This document shows positions 36,145 to 44,904 of a DNA stretch of 64,000 bases, piece by piece. A program made the position numbers and the translations under genes. Source of the stretch: an uncultured Chryseobacterium sp. Lineage in GTDB: Bacteria; Bacteroidota; Bacteroidia; Flavobacteriales_F; PHOS-HE28. The notes beneath the pieces are model-generated. The model did no database searches and was not told where the DNA came from. It saw only the letters and a program-made list of their open reading frames with translations. Each line of letters starts with the position of its first letter. The first letter of the stretch is position 1. The stretch is from contig CAYMXP010000001.1 in the NCBI GenBank assembly GCA_964394425.1, positions 6,495 through 70,494 of the forward strand. The letters run 5' to 3'.

Positions 36145-38346
36145 ATGGGATACCGCCCGTATTGGACCGCTTGTGTCGCGGCCACGGCCTTCTGCCTGCG
36201 CATCGAGGCGCAGACCTACACGCTCAACACCACGCCGCTCACCAATGAGGCGGCCCGCTCCGGGGGTTGCGTGGGCATCACCGACATGGACGGCGATGGC
36301 TACGACGACCTGGTCCTGCTGAACCAGAGCAAGGACCTCTACGTCGACTACCAGAACGCGAACGGCACCTACACCTCGCACTCCTATGGCACGGTGTCCG
36401 GCTCAAGCCAGTGGGGCATGGCCGTGGGCGACGTGGACAACGACGGTCACAAGGATCTCGTGAGCGGGGGCAACGGCGATGGCGTGCATTTCGTGGAGAT
36501 CAGCGGCCGGGGCGTGTACACGCCCGTGACCAACCTGAACAACGGCACCATGTTCATGCAGTGCATGAACATGGCTGACATCAACAACGATGGCAGCCTG
36601 GACGTGTTCGGCTGCCACGACAATGCCGCTCCGCGGATCTGGCTGAACAACGGCAGCGGGGCGTTGAGCTACAACAACTACGTCAACTTCGCCACCACCC
36701 CGTACAGCGACATGAGCGGCAACTACGGCAGCACCTTCACCGATTTCGACAACGATGGTGACCTGGACTTTTATATCTCAAAATGCCGCCAGGGCGTGAA
36801 CGACCCGAACGACCCACGACGGTGGAACCGGCTCTTCGTGAACGACGGCAACAACAACTACACCGACCAGGCCGCGGCTTACGGCGTGGAGAACCACGAG
36901 CAGTCCTGGTCGAGCGACTTCGCCGACATCGACAACGACGGCGATCTGGACCTGATCACCGCGAACCACAGCACCACCATCCAGTTGTTCCTGAACGACG
37001 GCACCGGCCATTACACCAATGCCACCTCGGGCAGCGGGCTGCAGTTCTCCGGGTTCTTCCTTCAGAGCAAGTGTGAAGACCTGGACAACGACGGCTTCAT
37101 CGACCTGCTGGTCACCGAGGGCAATTACTACTTCCACAACAACGGCAACGGCACCTTCACGCGGATCACCAACCTGCTGCCCCACCCGACCGGCTCTCAC
37201 GTGCTGCACTCCTTCGCCATGGGCGACATGGACCACGACGGCGACATCGACATCTACGCCAGTTACGGCACGGGCTATGTGAACCCGAGCACCTCCCGCG
37301 ATGATGAGCTCTACCTGAACAACGGAAACAGCAACCACTGGCTCAACTTCCAGCTCACGGGCAACGCCAGCAACCGCGACGCGGTCGGGGCGCGGGTCAC
37401 GATCCATGGTCCGTGGGGCAGGCAGATCCGCGAGGTGCGTGCTGGTGAGAGCTATGGCATCGTGTGCTCCTTCACCTGCCACTTCGGGCTCGGCACACAA
37501 GTGGAGGCCGACTCCGCGATCGTGCAGTGGCCCAGCGGTACGGTGGACAAGTTCTTCAACGTGGCGGCCGACCAATGGATCAAGGTGGTGGAAGGCCAGA
37601 CCAGCCGCTCGGTGGTGGCGGTGAAGGCCTTCCTGGAAGGGCCGTACGTGCAGTTGAACGGCGACATGAGCGATGCCCTGCGCACGGGCGGTTTCGTGCC
37701 ATTGCAGATGCCCTACACCGCACCGTCGTTCGTGATCACCGGAGCCCCCTGCATCGAAAAGATCCCCCAATCCGTGCTGACCCCCTCGGGCGCCGATGCG
37801 ATCGTCGACTGGGTATGGCTCGAACTGCGCGATGGCTCAACGCCCACCACCGTGGTGGCGGCGAGACCGGCCTTGTTGCAACGCGATGGCGACGTGGTGG
37901 AACTGGACGGCTTCCGTCCGGTGGCCATGGGCGTGGCCAACGGACCGTATCGCCCGGTGGTCAGGCATAGGAACCACCTGGGCGTGATGACCGCTGGCAC
38001 GTTGGTGCTCGGATCCCCGCCCACCGCGGTGAACTTCACCCTGCCGGCCACGATCACCTATGGCACCGACGCCAGGAAGAACATATCCGGCGTCATGGTC
38101 CTTTGGGCCGGCAACGTCATTGGAGATGCGGCGGTCAAGTACACCGGCCTGTTCAACGACCGTGACCAGATCCTCAACAAGATCGGTGGGTCGGTGCCCA
38201 CGATCACGGTCAGCGGCTACTGGCCCGAGGACGTGAACCTGAACGGGGTGGTCAAGTACACCGGCCTGTTCAACGACCGCGATCCGATCCTGGTGAACAT
38301 CGGAGGGGCGGTGCCCACCAACGTGCGGGTGGAACAGCTGCCGTAG
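36145..38346 (+). CDS. secreted FG-GAP + ASPIC/UnbV (CRTAC1-like) protein with the same novel C-terminal module
   Basis: 733 aa from ATG 36145 (track ORF opens at 35965). Signal peptide ...LRIEA|Q. FG-GAP loops (DMDGDGYDDL, DVDNDGHKDL, DFDNDGDLDF, DIDNDGDLDL...). UnbV_ASPIC-like RDAVGARVTIHGPWGRQIREVRAGESYG. C-terminal ~243 aa shared with 28068-32015. Confidence 0.85.
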   Translation: MGYRPYWTACVAATAFCLRIEAQTYTLNTTPLTNEAARSGGCVGITDMDGDGYDDLVLLNQSKDLYVDYQNANGTYTSHSYGTVSGSSQWGMAVGDVDNDGHKDLVSGGNGDGVHFVEISGRGVYTPVTNLNNGTMFMQCMNMADINNDGSLDVFGCHDNAAPRIWLNNGSGALSYNNYVNFATTPYSDMSGNYGSTFTDFDNDGDLDFYISKCRQGVNDPNDPRRWNRLFVNDGNNNYTDQAAAYGVENHEQSWSSDFADIDNDGDLDLITANHSTTIQLFLNDGTGHYTNATSGSGLQFSGFFLQSKCEDLDNDGFIDLLVTEGNYYFHNNGNGTFTRITNLLPHPTGSHVLHSFAMGDMDHDGDIDIYASYGTGYVNPSTSRDDELYLNNGNSNHWLNFQLTGNASNRDAVGARVTIHGPWGRQIREVRAGESYGIVCSFTCHFGLGTQVEADSAIVQWPSGTVDKFFNVAADQWIKVVEGQTSRSVVAVKAFLEGPYVQLNGDMSDALRTGGFVPLQMPYTAPSFVITGAPCIEKIPQSVLTPSGADAIVDWVWLELRDGSTPTTVVAARPALLQRDGDVVELDGFRPVAMGVANGPYRPVVRHRNHLGVMTAGTLVLGSPPTAVNFTLPATITYGTDARKNISGVMVLWAGNVIGDAAVKYTGLFNDRDQILNKIGGSVPTITVSGYWPEDVNLNGVVKYTGLFNDRDPILVNIGGAVPTNVRVEQLP

Positions 38347-38352
38347 TCGCGC

Positions 38353-38604
38353 TCAGGAGGCCTTGCGCAAGTGGAAGGGCTTCACGGTGCTCAGATCGCC
38401 GTCGAGCACCATGAGGTAATACTCCTCGCCCTCCAGATCGGTGATGCGCACGCGCGTTTCGCTGCCATTCACCGCGCCGGTCTTCACGATGTGGCCCTGG
38501 CGGTCGCAGATGTCGAACAGCGCGCCTTCGGTGGCGGGATCGTAGTCGAACATCAGCAGGCGCTCGATCTGGTCGATGCGGATGCGGATCTCGTGCTGGG
38601 ACAT
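38353..38604 (-). CDS. small cytoplasmic hypothetical protein (83 aa) with CTD-like beta-sandwich pattern
   Basis: Starts at ATG 38604; the rest of the 405-aa track ORF is antisense to the response regulator. MSQHEIRIRIDQIERLLMFDYDPATEGALFDICDRQGHIVKTGAVNGSETRVRITDLEGEEYYLMVLDGDLSTVKPFHLRKAS. Strongly GC3-biased. No signal peptide. Confidence 0.6.
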   Translation of the reverse strand: MSQHEIRIRIDQIERLLMFDYDPATEGALFDICDRQGHIVKTGAVNGSETRVRITDLEGEEYYLMVLDGDLSTVKPFHLRKAS

Positions 38605-38745
38605 GGCGGATGGGAATGCGGCCCTTCGTACGGCACGCCGCCGCCCGGGTTGCGGGGGGGCGACCGGCTCGCCGCCTTGACCGCTGAAGCGCAGGTTGGA
38701 TCCGAAGGCCGCGGGCGCTTGCATTTGCCCATCTTCACCTCCGGA

Positions 38746-39525
38746 ATGAGCACCCGGCCACTGCGCACCCTGATCGTGGACGATGAGGAACCCGCCCGCG
38801 AGAACCTGCGCCTGATGATGGCCCATGAGTGCCCGCAGGTGGAGGTGGTGGGCACGGCCGATGGCGTGGCGCACGCCCGGGGGCTCATCGCCGAACTGGA
38901 TCCCGATCTGCTCATGCTCGACATACGCATGCCCAGCGGGGCCGAGGGACTGGACCTGCTGGAGCAACTGCCGGACCTGCGGGCGATGGTGGTCTTTGTC
39001 ACCGCCTTCAAGGACTACGCCGTGCAGGCCTTCCATGCCAACGCGGTTGACTACATCCTCAAGCCGATCGATGCGGACGAGCTGAAGGCCGCGGTGGAAA
39101 AGGCGGAAGCGCGGCTCGCGCGCATGCGCGGCGATGGAGACGAGCGGCAGCGGTACCGCGACGACCTCCACGCGCTGGTGGGGCAGATCCGCGAGCATGG
39201 GCCGGAACGCATCGCCGTGGACCATGCGCGAGGTTTCAAGCTCTTCGACCCGCGCACCATCGCGCACCTGGAAGCCGACGGCAACTGCACCCTGCTGCAC
39301 TTCACCGACGGCAGCCGCTACCTGGATACGCGCACCATGAAGGTGTACGAGGACATGCTCGATCCCCTGCGGTTCCTCAAGGTCCACCGCTCGCACCTGA
39401 TCAATCTGGACCAGTTGAAGGAGTACCTCCGCGAGGAGGGCCACTGGGCGGTGATGAAGACCGGAGAACGCGTGCCCATCGCGCGCAACCGCATCGACCT
39501 CTTCCTGGAGGCGGTGCGCGGCTGA
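38746..39525 (+). CDS. LytTR-family response regulator (paralog 1)
   Basis: 259 aa from ATG 38746. Receiver LRTLIVDDE...LLMLDIRMP. LytTR DNA-binding domain ...FLKVHRSHLINLDQL. Confidence 0.9.
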   Translation: MSTRPLRTLIVDDEEPARENLRLMMAHECPQVEVVGTADGVAHARGLIAELDPDLLMLDIRMPSGAEGLDLLEQLPDLRAMVVFVTAFKDYAVQAFHANAVDYILKPIDADELKAAVEKAEARLARMRGDGDERQRYRDDLHALVGQIREHGPERIAVDHARGFKLFDPRTIAHLEADGNCTLLHFTDGSRYLDTRTMKVYEDMLDPLRFLKVHRSHLINLDQLKEYLREEGHWAVMKTGERVPIARNRIDLFLEAVRG

Positions 39526-39636
39526 CCGTTCGCTCCCCGATCCGCACCGTTCGCTCGATCGGACCGGCACCCGGCCACATGCCCGTGTCGCGGCATCGCG
39601 GCGCGGCTATTTTTTCACGCACAAACCCCCGTTGCC

Positions 39637-40392
39637 ATGTTGCGCACCTTGATCGTGGACGATGAGCCCGATGCGCGGGATAACCTGCGCCTCCTGCTCG
39701 AAGAGCATTGCCCCGAAGTGGAGGTGGTCGGCCTGGCCGGAAATGTCCCGGATGCACGCGCGATGATCGACCGCCTGGACGTGCAGGCGCTCTTCCTGGA
39801 CATCAAGATGCCCGGCGAGGATGGGTTCGACCTGCTCCGGTCGCTGAACGGTCGTGAGCTGGGCGTGGTCTTCACCACCGCGCACGACGGCTTCGCCTTG
39901 CGGGCCTTCAAGGAGAACGCCGTCGATTACCTGGAGAAGCCGGTGGATGTGGACCTGCTCAAGCGCGCGGTGGACAAGTTGTGCCGGCTCGCCACCGGCG
40001 CAGGGCTGGCCGGCCAGCGTCATGGGGCCGTCGGAGCACTGATGAACGATCCGACCTTGCCGATGAGTTCGCGCCTCGCCGTGCCAGGCCGCGACGGGCT
40101 CATGCTGCACCGCTACGACGAGATCCTTTACCTGGAGGGGAACGACAGCTATACCACGATCCACTTCACCGACGGACGGCACAGCCTCAGCAGCCGGCAC
40201 ATCCGCCTGTTCGAATCGGGGCTCGATCCCCGGCGGTTCTTCCGCATCCACAAGAGCTACATCATCAACCTGCAGCACCTCGTGGGCTTCAACCGGGCCG
40301 AGGGCAACATGGCGTTGATGAGCGGAGGGAAGATGCTGCCCGTTGGCCGCCGCCGCATCCCGGAATTCCTGGCCATGATCCACAGCTATTGA
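39637..40392 (+). CDS. LytTR-family response regulator (paralog 2)
   Basis: 251 aa. Receiver LRTLIVDDE...ALFLDIKMP. LytTR domain ...FFRIHKSYIINLQHL. Possible own -7-like box TATTTTTT at 39607-39614. Confidence 0.9.
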   Translation: MLRTLIVDDEPDARDNLRLLLEEHCPEVEVVGLAGNVPDARAMIDRLDVQALFLDIKMPGEDGFDLLRSLNGRELGVVFTTAHDGFALRAFKENAVDYLEKPVDVDLLKRAVDKLCRLATGAGLAGQRHGAVGALMNDPTLPMSSRLAVPGRDGLMLHRYDEILYLEGNDSYTTIHFTDGRHSLSSRHIRLFESGLDPRRFFRIHKSYIINLQHLVGFNRAEGNMALMSGGKMLPVGRRRIPEFLAMIHSY

Positions 40393-43300
40393 TGCACCCG
40401 GTCCACCCCTTCGTCCGGTCGATCATCACGGCCGCGGGAACGGCCGCGGGATGCCTATGTGCCGCCCAGCAGCATGCGTTCATTCAGTACACCACGCGCG
40501 ACGGGCTTTCCCAATCGCAGGTGCGCTGCATGACGCAGGATCCGCGCGGTTACCTCTGGTTCGGGACGCTCGGCGGACTGAGCCGGTTCGATGGCCTGGT
40601 GTTCTCCAACCATGCGTTGCAGGAAGGATTGCCCGATCCGCAGGTGAACGCCCTGTGGACCGATACCGCCGGGCTCTGGCTGGGGGCCGGCGATCATCTG
40701 GTCCGATACGATGGGAACCGGTTCGTGGCGGTCGTGCTGCCGGGTGCGGACCATGCACGCGTGATGGCGGTGACGGGCGATGGCATGGGGCGCTACATCG
40801 CCACCGATGGGGCCGGCGTGTACCGGATGAAGGGGAATGGGATCTCACGGCTGGCCGGCTATCCTTCCGATACCGCCGAAGGAGCTCGCGCGCTGTTGCT
40901 CGATCGGGAAGGACGCCTGTATGTCGGACTGCGGAACGGCCTGCTCCAATGTGCCGATGGGACCTGTCGCGCGGTGGATCTGGGCGATGCGCGACCCAAG
41001 AGCGTGAGCGCGCTCGCACTGGATGGTCGGGGCACGCTCTGGGTGGGGACCTTCGGCGATGGACTGTTCGAGGTCAGCGGGGGGCGCACCGTGCGCAACA
41101 TCACCGAGGAGGACGGGCTGTTGCAGAACAACATCCGCTGCCTGTTGCTGGACGATCTGGGCCGGCTTTGGGTGGGCTCCAAGTTCGGGCTGAACCGCAT
41201 CGAAGGCACGCGGATCCGGGCCTTCACCGTTCACCAGGGCCTGCCCAACGACAACATCTGGTGCGGCATGACCGATCGCGATGGCCAGCTCTGGTTCGGC
41301 ACCGACGGCGCCGGCGTGTTGCGTTACACCGGCGACCGCTTCGTGACCTTCACGACCGCCGATGGCCTGTGCAGCGACCAGGTGATGAGCATCACCGCCG
41401 ACGCGGCCGGTGACCTGTGGCTTGGCACGTACGGGAACGGTGTCTGCCGGTTGGACGCCATGGCCATGGTCACGACGCTCGACGGCCTTCCGAACAACAC
41501 CATCTGGTGCGGCCTTCGTGACACCGGTGGCGGCATGTGGTTCGGCACCAGCGATGGTCTCTGCCGCATCGAGAACGGCGTGGTGATGCCCCTGCCCCAT
41601 GGCGTCCCGCTGAAGGACGAGCGCGTGCTTTCGCTCCATCGGGCATCCGATGGCACGCTTTGGTGCGGCACGCGCGAGGGTTTGCATGCGCGCACGACCG
41701 CCGGCGCGATCATCACCCACGCGGCGGGACCCGGTGGCCCGGGCCGGTCGATCCGCAGCATCGTTCCGGACGATCAAGGTGGGCTATGGCTCGCCACGGA
41801 TGAAGGCATCGCCCACTTCGAGGGCGGACGTTTCTCGCGGATCGACATCGCCGAAGGATTGTCCGATAACACGGTGTTCTGCCTGCTGCGCGATGAACGG
41901 GGACGGCTTTGGGCGGGAACGGCCAACGGGCTGTCGTGCTTGGCGAACGGCCGGCCCCGCATCCTGCGGCTGGGGCAGGATTTCGGCTCCAACTACATCG
42001 ATCTGCTCCTTGCCGGCGACGATGGCCGCATCTGGGCGGGCACCAACAACGGGCTCTTCGCCTTCTACCCCGACAGCCTGCTGGTCGACCCATCCAACGC
42101 ACACCACTACGATCTGGCCGACGGCTTGCGCGACCTTGAGTTCAATCTGAACGCCGCATGGAAGGATCCGTCGGGACGGCTGTATTTCGGGACCGCGGGG
42201 GGCCTGCTCGTTCATGATCCCGCGCGCTCGGCCGAAGCGCGGCCGGAACGGCCGCCGGTCGTTCACATCACCGGGTTGCGCTCCTTTCTCCGACCGATGG
42301 ACTGGAGCGCGGTGAGCGACAGCCTGCAACCGGGCACCGGATCGCCGATCGGCCTGCGGCTGCCCTTCCGCCGCAACCACCTGACCTTTGATTACGCCGC
42401 CATCCAGACCACGCATCCGGAACGCGTGCGCTACCGCTACCGGCTGGTGGGCTCCGATCAGGATCCGATGCCGCCCACCACCGACCGTTCCGCCACCTAC
42501 GGCAACCTGGTGCAGGGCGCATACACCTTCGAAGTGATGGCCAGCGACGATGGCCGCCACTGGAGCCCTCCGGCCACCTTCAGCTTCACCATCGAGAAGC
42601 CTTTCTGGGCGCGCACCTGGTTCCATCTGTCCACGGTGCTGGCGCTGGCCGGTACCGCGCTGGCCGTTCACCGCTTCCGCCGGCAGCGGCGCGCGCGGCG
42701 GGAAAAGACCCGGCAGCTCATGCTCCGTTCGCGCATGCTGCAACTGGAACAGCAGGCCCTGAACGCGAACATGAACCGGCACTTCGTGTTCAACGCCCTC
42801 AACAGCATCCAGTATTACATCAATCGACAGGACCGCGACGCGGCCAACCGCTACCTCACCAGTTTCGCGCGGCTCATCCGCAGGAACCTGGATGCCAGCC
42901 AGGGCGATACCACCACGCTGGCCGAGGAGATCGAGCGCCTGGAGATCTACCTCGAACTGGAACACATGCGGTTCAAGGACCGGTTCCAATACCACATCGC
43001 GGTGGATCCCTCGGTGCAGGCCGCCAGGGTGCGCATTCCGGCCATGATGTTGCAGCCCTACGTGGAGAACAGCATCTGGCACGGCATCCTGCCCATGGAC
43101 CGGCCGGGCACGGTGCGGATCGACATCCGCATGGAGGGCGACCGCATCCGCGTGCTGATCGAGGACGATGGGATCGGCATCGAGGCCAGCCGACAAGGCA
43201 AGATCGGCACCTCCGGCGACCATATCTCCCGGGGCATCGAGATCACCAAGGGCCGGACCGACGTGCTGCGCCGCCTGCACCTGGCCGATATCCGGATCGA

Positions 43301-43442
43301 CGGCCCCGAACCCGCCACCGCCGCGGATGGCACCCGGCGCGGCACACGCGTGGTGGTGGACCTTCCCGGGGGGAACGGGTCGGAACGTGACGAAGGGGCG
43401 TTGCGAACGGCCACCCCGGACACTACTTTTGGGGGGTCATGA
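40392..43442 (+). CDS. sensor histidine kinase: periplasmic two-component-regulator beta-propeller/Y_Y_Y repeats + LytS-type His_kinase/HATPase
   Basis: 1016 aa from ATG 40392 (TGATG overlap with RR2; track ORF opens at 39981). Repeated ...GLSQSQVRCMTQDPRGYLWFGT.GGLSRFDG... propeller units. One TM (WFHLSTVLALAGTALAV). H-box NRHFVFNALNSIQYYI, N-box ENSIWHG, G-box IEDDGIGI. Confidence 0.88.
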   Translation: MHPVHPFVRSIITAAGTAAGCLCAAQQHAFIQYTTRDGLSQSQVRCMTQDPRGYLWFGTLGGLSRFDGLVFSNHALQEGLPDPQVNALWTDTAGLWLGAGDHLVRYDGNRFVAVVLPGADHARVMAVTGDGMGRYIATDGAGVYRMKGNGISRLAGYPSDTAEGARALLLDREGRLYVGLRNGLLQCADGTCRAVDLGDARPKSVSALALDGRGTLWVGTFGDGLFEVSGGRTVRNITEEDGLLQNNIRCLLLDDLGRLWVGSKFGLNRIEGTRIRAFTVHQGLPNDNIWCGMTDRDGQLWFGTDGAGVLRYTGDRFVTFTTADGLCSDQVMSITADAAGDLWLGTYGNGVCRLDAMAMVTTLDGLPNNTIWCGLRDTGGGMWFGTSDGLCRIENGVVMPLPHGVPLKDERVLSLHRASDGTLWCGTREGLHARTTAGAIITHAAGPGGPGRSIRSIVPDDQGGLWLATDEGIAHFEGGRFSRIDIAEGLSDNTVFCLLRDERGRLWAGTANGLSCLANGRPRILRLGQDFGSNYIDLLLAGDDGRIWAGTNNGLFAFYPDSLLVDPSNAHHYDLADGLRDLEFNLNAAWKDPSGRLYFGTAGGLLVHDPARSAEARPERPPVVHITGLRSFLRPMDWSAVSDSLQPGTGSPIGLRLPFRRNHLTFDYAAIQTTHPERVRYRYRLVGSDQDPMPPTTDRSATYGNLVQGAYTFEVMASDDGRHWSPPATFSFTIEKPFWARTWFHLSTVLALAGTALAVHRFRRQRRARREKTRQLMLRSRMLQLEQQALNANMNRHFVFNALNSIQYYINRQDRDAANRYLTSFARLIRRNLDASQGDTTTLAEEIERLEIYLELEHMRFKDRFQYHIAVDPSVQAARVRIPAMMLQPYVENSIWHGILPMDRPGTVRIDIRMEGDRIRVLIEDDGIGIEASRQGKIGTSGDHISRGIEITKGRTDVLRRLHLADIRIDGPEPATAADGTRRGTRVVVDLPGGNGSERDEGALRTATPDTTFGGS

Positions 43443-43741
43443 AACGCGCGGAACCGTTCTCGTTCCTGCCCGCGATCGCCCTGGTCGCCCTGCTGGCATC
43501 CTGCGCCAAGGAGGAAGCCATCGCGCCCGCATCATGCGGCGGGAGCGAGGAGGTGCCGACCAAGGCGCTGATGAACGACGATCCCGATCCAGCGGACCGA
43601 CCGATCGGCATCGAAGCCGTAAAAGGCGATGGATCACCGACCCTGCGCGGAGGTGGCGTGGAAGAAGGTGGCGACGGAGGCATCTCGGACGATGGCGATG
43701 ATGAAGCCGATGGTGAGCGCAACAAGAAGGACGAGCATTGA
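43439..43741 (+). CDS. small acidic lipoprotein (100 aa)
   Basis: ATGA overlap with the kinase stop. Lipobox LVALLAS|C followed by AKEE. C-terminal half is Gly/Asp/Glu-rich (GGGVEEGGDGGISDDGDDEADGERNKKDEH). Confidence 0.65.
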   Translation: MKRAEPFSFLPAIALVALLASCAKEEAIAPASCGGSEEVPTKALMNDDPDPADRPIGIEAVKGDGSPTLRGGGVEEGGDGGISDDGDDEADGERNKKDEH

Positions 43742-43760
43742 ACGATCGATGACGTGGTGA

Positions 43761-43792
43761 GCCCCCGGTCCGTTCCGGGGGTTTTTCTTTTC
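43761..43792 (+). terminator. intrinsic terminator closing the RR-RR-HK-lipoprotein operon
   Basis: (g)cccccgg / tccgtt / ccggggg followed by tttttcttttc. Confidence 0.8.
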
Positions 43793-44013
43793 GCGCATCA
43801 CCGGCAGGCCGGGAAGGAATGCAGGCCCCCGGCGACGGCCGCCCTTGCCCGGTGGCCATGCCGGAGGCGATGGTGTGGAGTTCCTTTGGTGAGCAGAACG
43901 ATCCGGCCGCGTGGATCGAAAGCCGCGGGTGCGCATGCCTGCTCACGCTGGTGCCGGATGATCGTGTATACCGCGTGGTGCATGCCGCGCGAACTCCCGC
44001 CTATTTTCGGTCC

Positions 44014-44901
44014 GTGGGGCATGACCATCGGCATGACGCGCGGATCTCCGCGGGCGAGCGATCGCTGAGGGCCGCCTTTTTCCTGAACCTGGCCTTCACG
44101 GGGGTGGAGATCGCCGGGGGGGCGTTCACTTCAAGCCTCGCGGTGCTGAGCGATGCGGTGCATGACCTGGGCGATTGCCTGGTGCTGGGTGCCGCGTGGT
44201 ACCTGCAGGGGATCGCCCTGCGCGGTCGCACGGACCGCTACAGCTATGGCTACGCGCGCTTCAGCATGCTGGGCGGCTGGATGGCGTCGATCGTGCTCAT
44301 CGGCGGATCGGCGTGGATGCTCGCGAACGCCGTTCCGAGGCTGAACACGCCGGGCTCGCCGTACACACCGGGCATGATCGCCCTGGCGATCTTCGGCGTG
44401 CTGATGAACGGCCTGGCAGCCTGGCGCCTGAGGGGCGGGTCCGGGCTCAGTGCGCGCGGGGTCCGGTTGCACCTCCTGGAGGATGTACTGGGCTGGGCGG
44501 CTGTTCTGGTGGGCGGTGTGCTGATCCATTACACGGGCTGGACGATCATCGATCCACTGCTTTCCATCGCCATCAGTCTCTACATCGTGTGGAACGCCGT
44601 CCACCTGTTGCGCGCCGGCACGGGCATTCTGATGCAGGCGCGTCCCGATGGTGCGGGTGAAGAGCGCATCGCGGAGGCCCTGCGCACCCTCCCCAACGTG
44701 CGGGGCGTGCATGACCAGCACGTCTGGTCATTGGATGGGTCCTACACGGTGCTCACCGTGCATCTGGTGGTGGACGACCTGGCGGCGCATGCGATCACCG
44801 TCAAACGGCAGGCACGCGCCCGCCTATCCGAACTGGGCATCGATCACGCCACCATCGAGATGGAAGAGGAGAACGAACCCTGCGAATTGCTGGACCACTG
44901 A
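44014..44901 (+). CDS. cation diffusion facilitator (CzcD/ZitB-like) metal efflux transporter
   Basis: CDF signatures SLAVLSDAVHDLGD (TM2) and HLLEDVLGW (TM5). Start placed at in-frame GTG 44014 (VGHDHRHD..., His-rich N-terminus typical of CDFs). In-frame ATG 43819 is an alternative. Confidence 0.8.
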   Translation: MGHDHRHDARISAGERSLRAAFFLNLAFTGVEIAGGAFTSSLAVLSDAVHDLGDCLVLGAAWYLQGIALRGRTDRYSYGYARFSMLGGWMASIVLIGGSAWMLANAVPRLNTPGSPYTPGMIALAIFGVLMNGLAAWRLRGGSGLSARGVRLHLLEDVLGWAAVLVGGVLIHYTGWTIIDPLLSIAISLYIVWNAVHLLRAGTGILMQARPDGAGEERIAEALRTLPNVRGVHDQHVWSLDGSYTVLTVHLVVDDLAAHAITVKRQARARLSELGIDHATIEMEEENEPCELLDH

Positions 44902-44904
44902 CCC

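Noticed and set aside
38605-39570. Upstream part of the 405-aa minus ORF, and 38371-38745 of the 384-aa plus ORF
   Set aside because: Each is the shadow of the other strand's real gene. The real genes are RR1 on plus from 38746 and the 83-aa ORF on minus up to 38604.
41784-43280. 498-aa minus-strand ORF, plus the 40845-41777 ORF
   Set aside because: They are shadows of the propeller histidine kinase.
43793-44013. Possible metal (czcD/NiCo-type) riboswitch or leader upstream of the CDF exporter, including the stem gtgagcag (43889-43896) / ctgctcac (43939-43946)
   Set aside because: I cannot recognise the conserved core of any known metal riboswitch. Short GC stems are expected by chance at this GC content. 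The region may instead be an N-terminal extension from ATG 43819. A covariance-model scan (Rfam) is needed.
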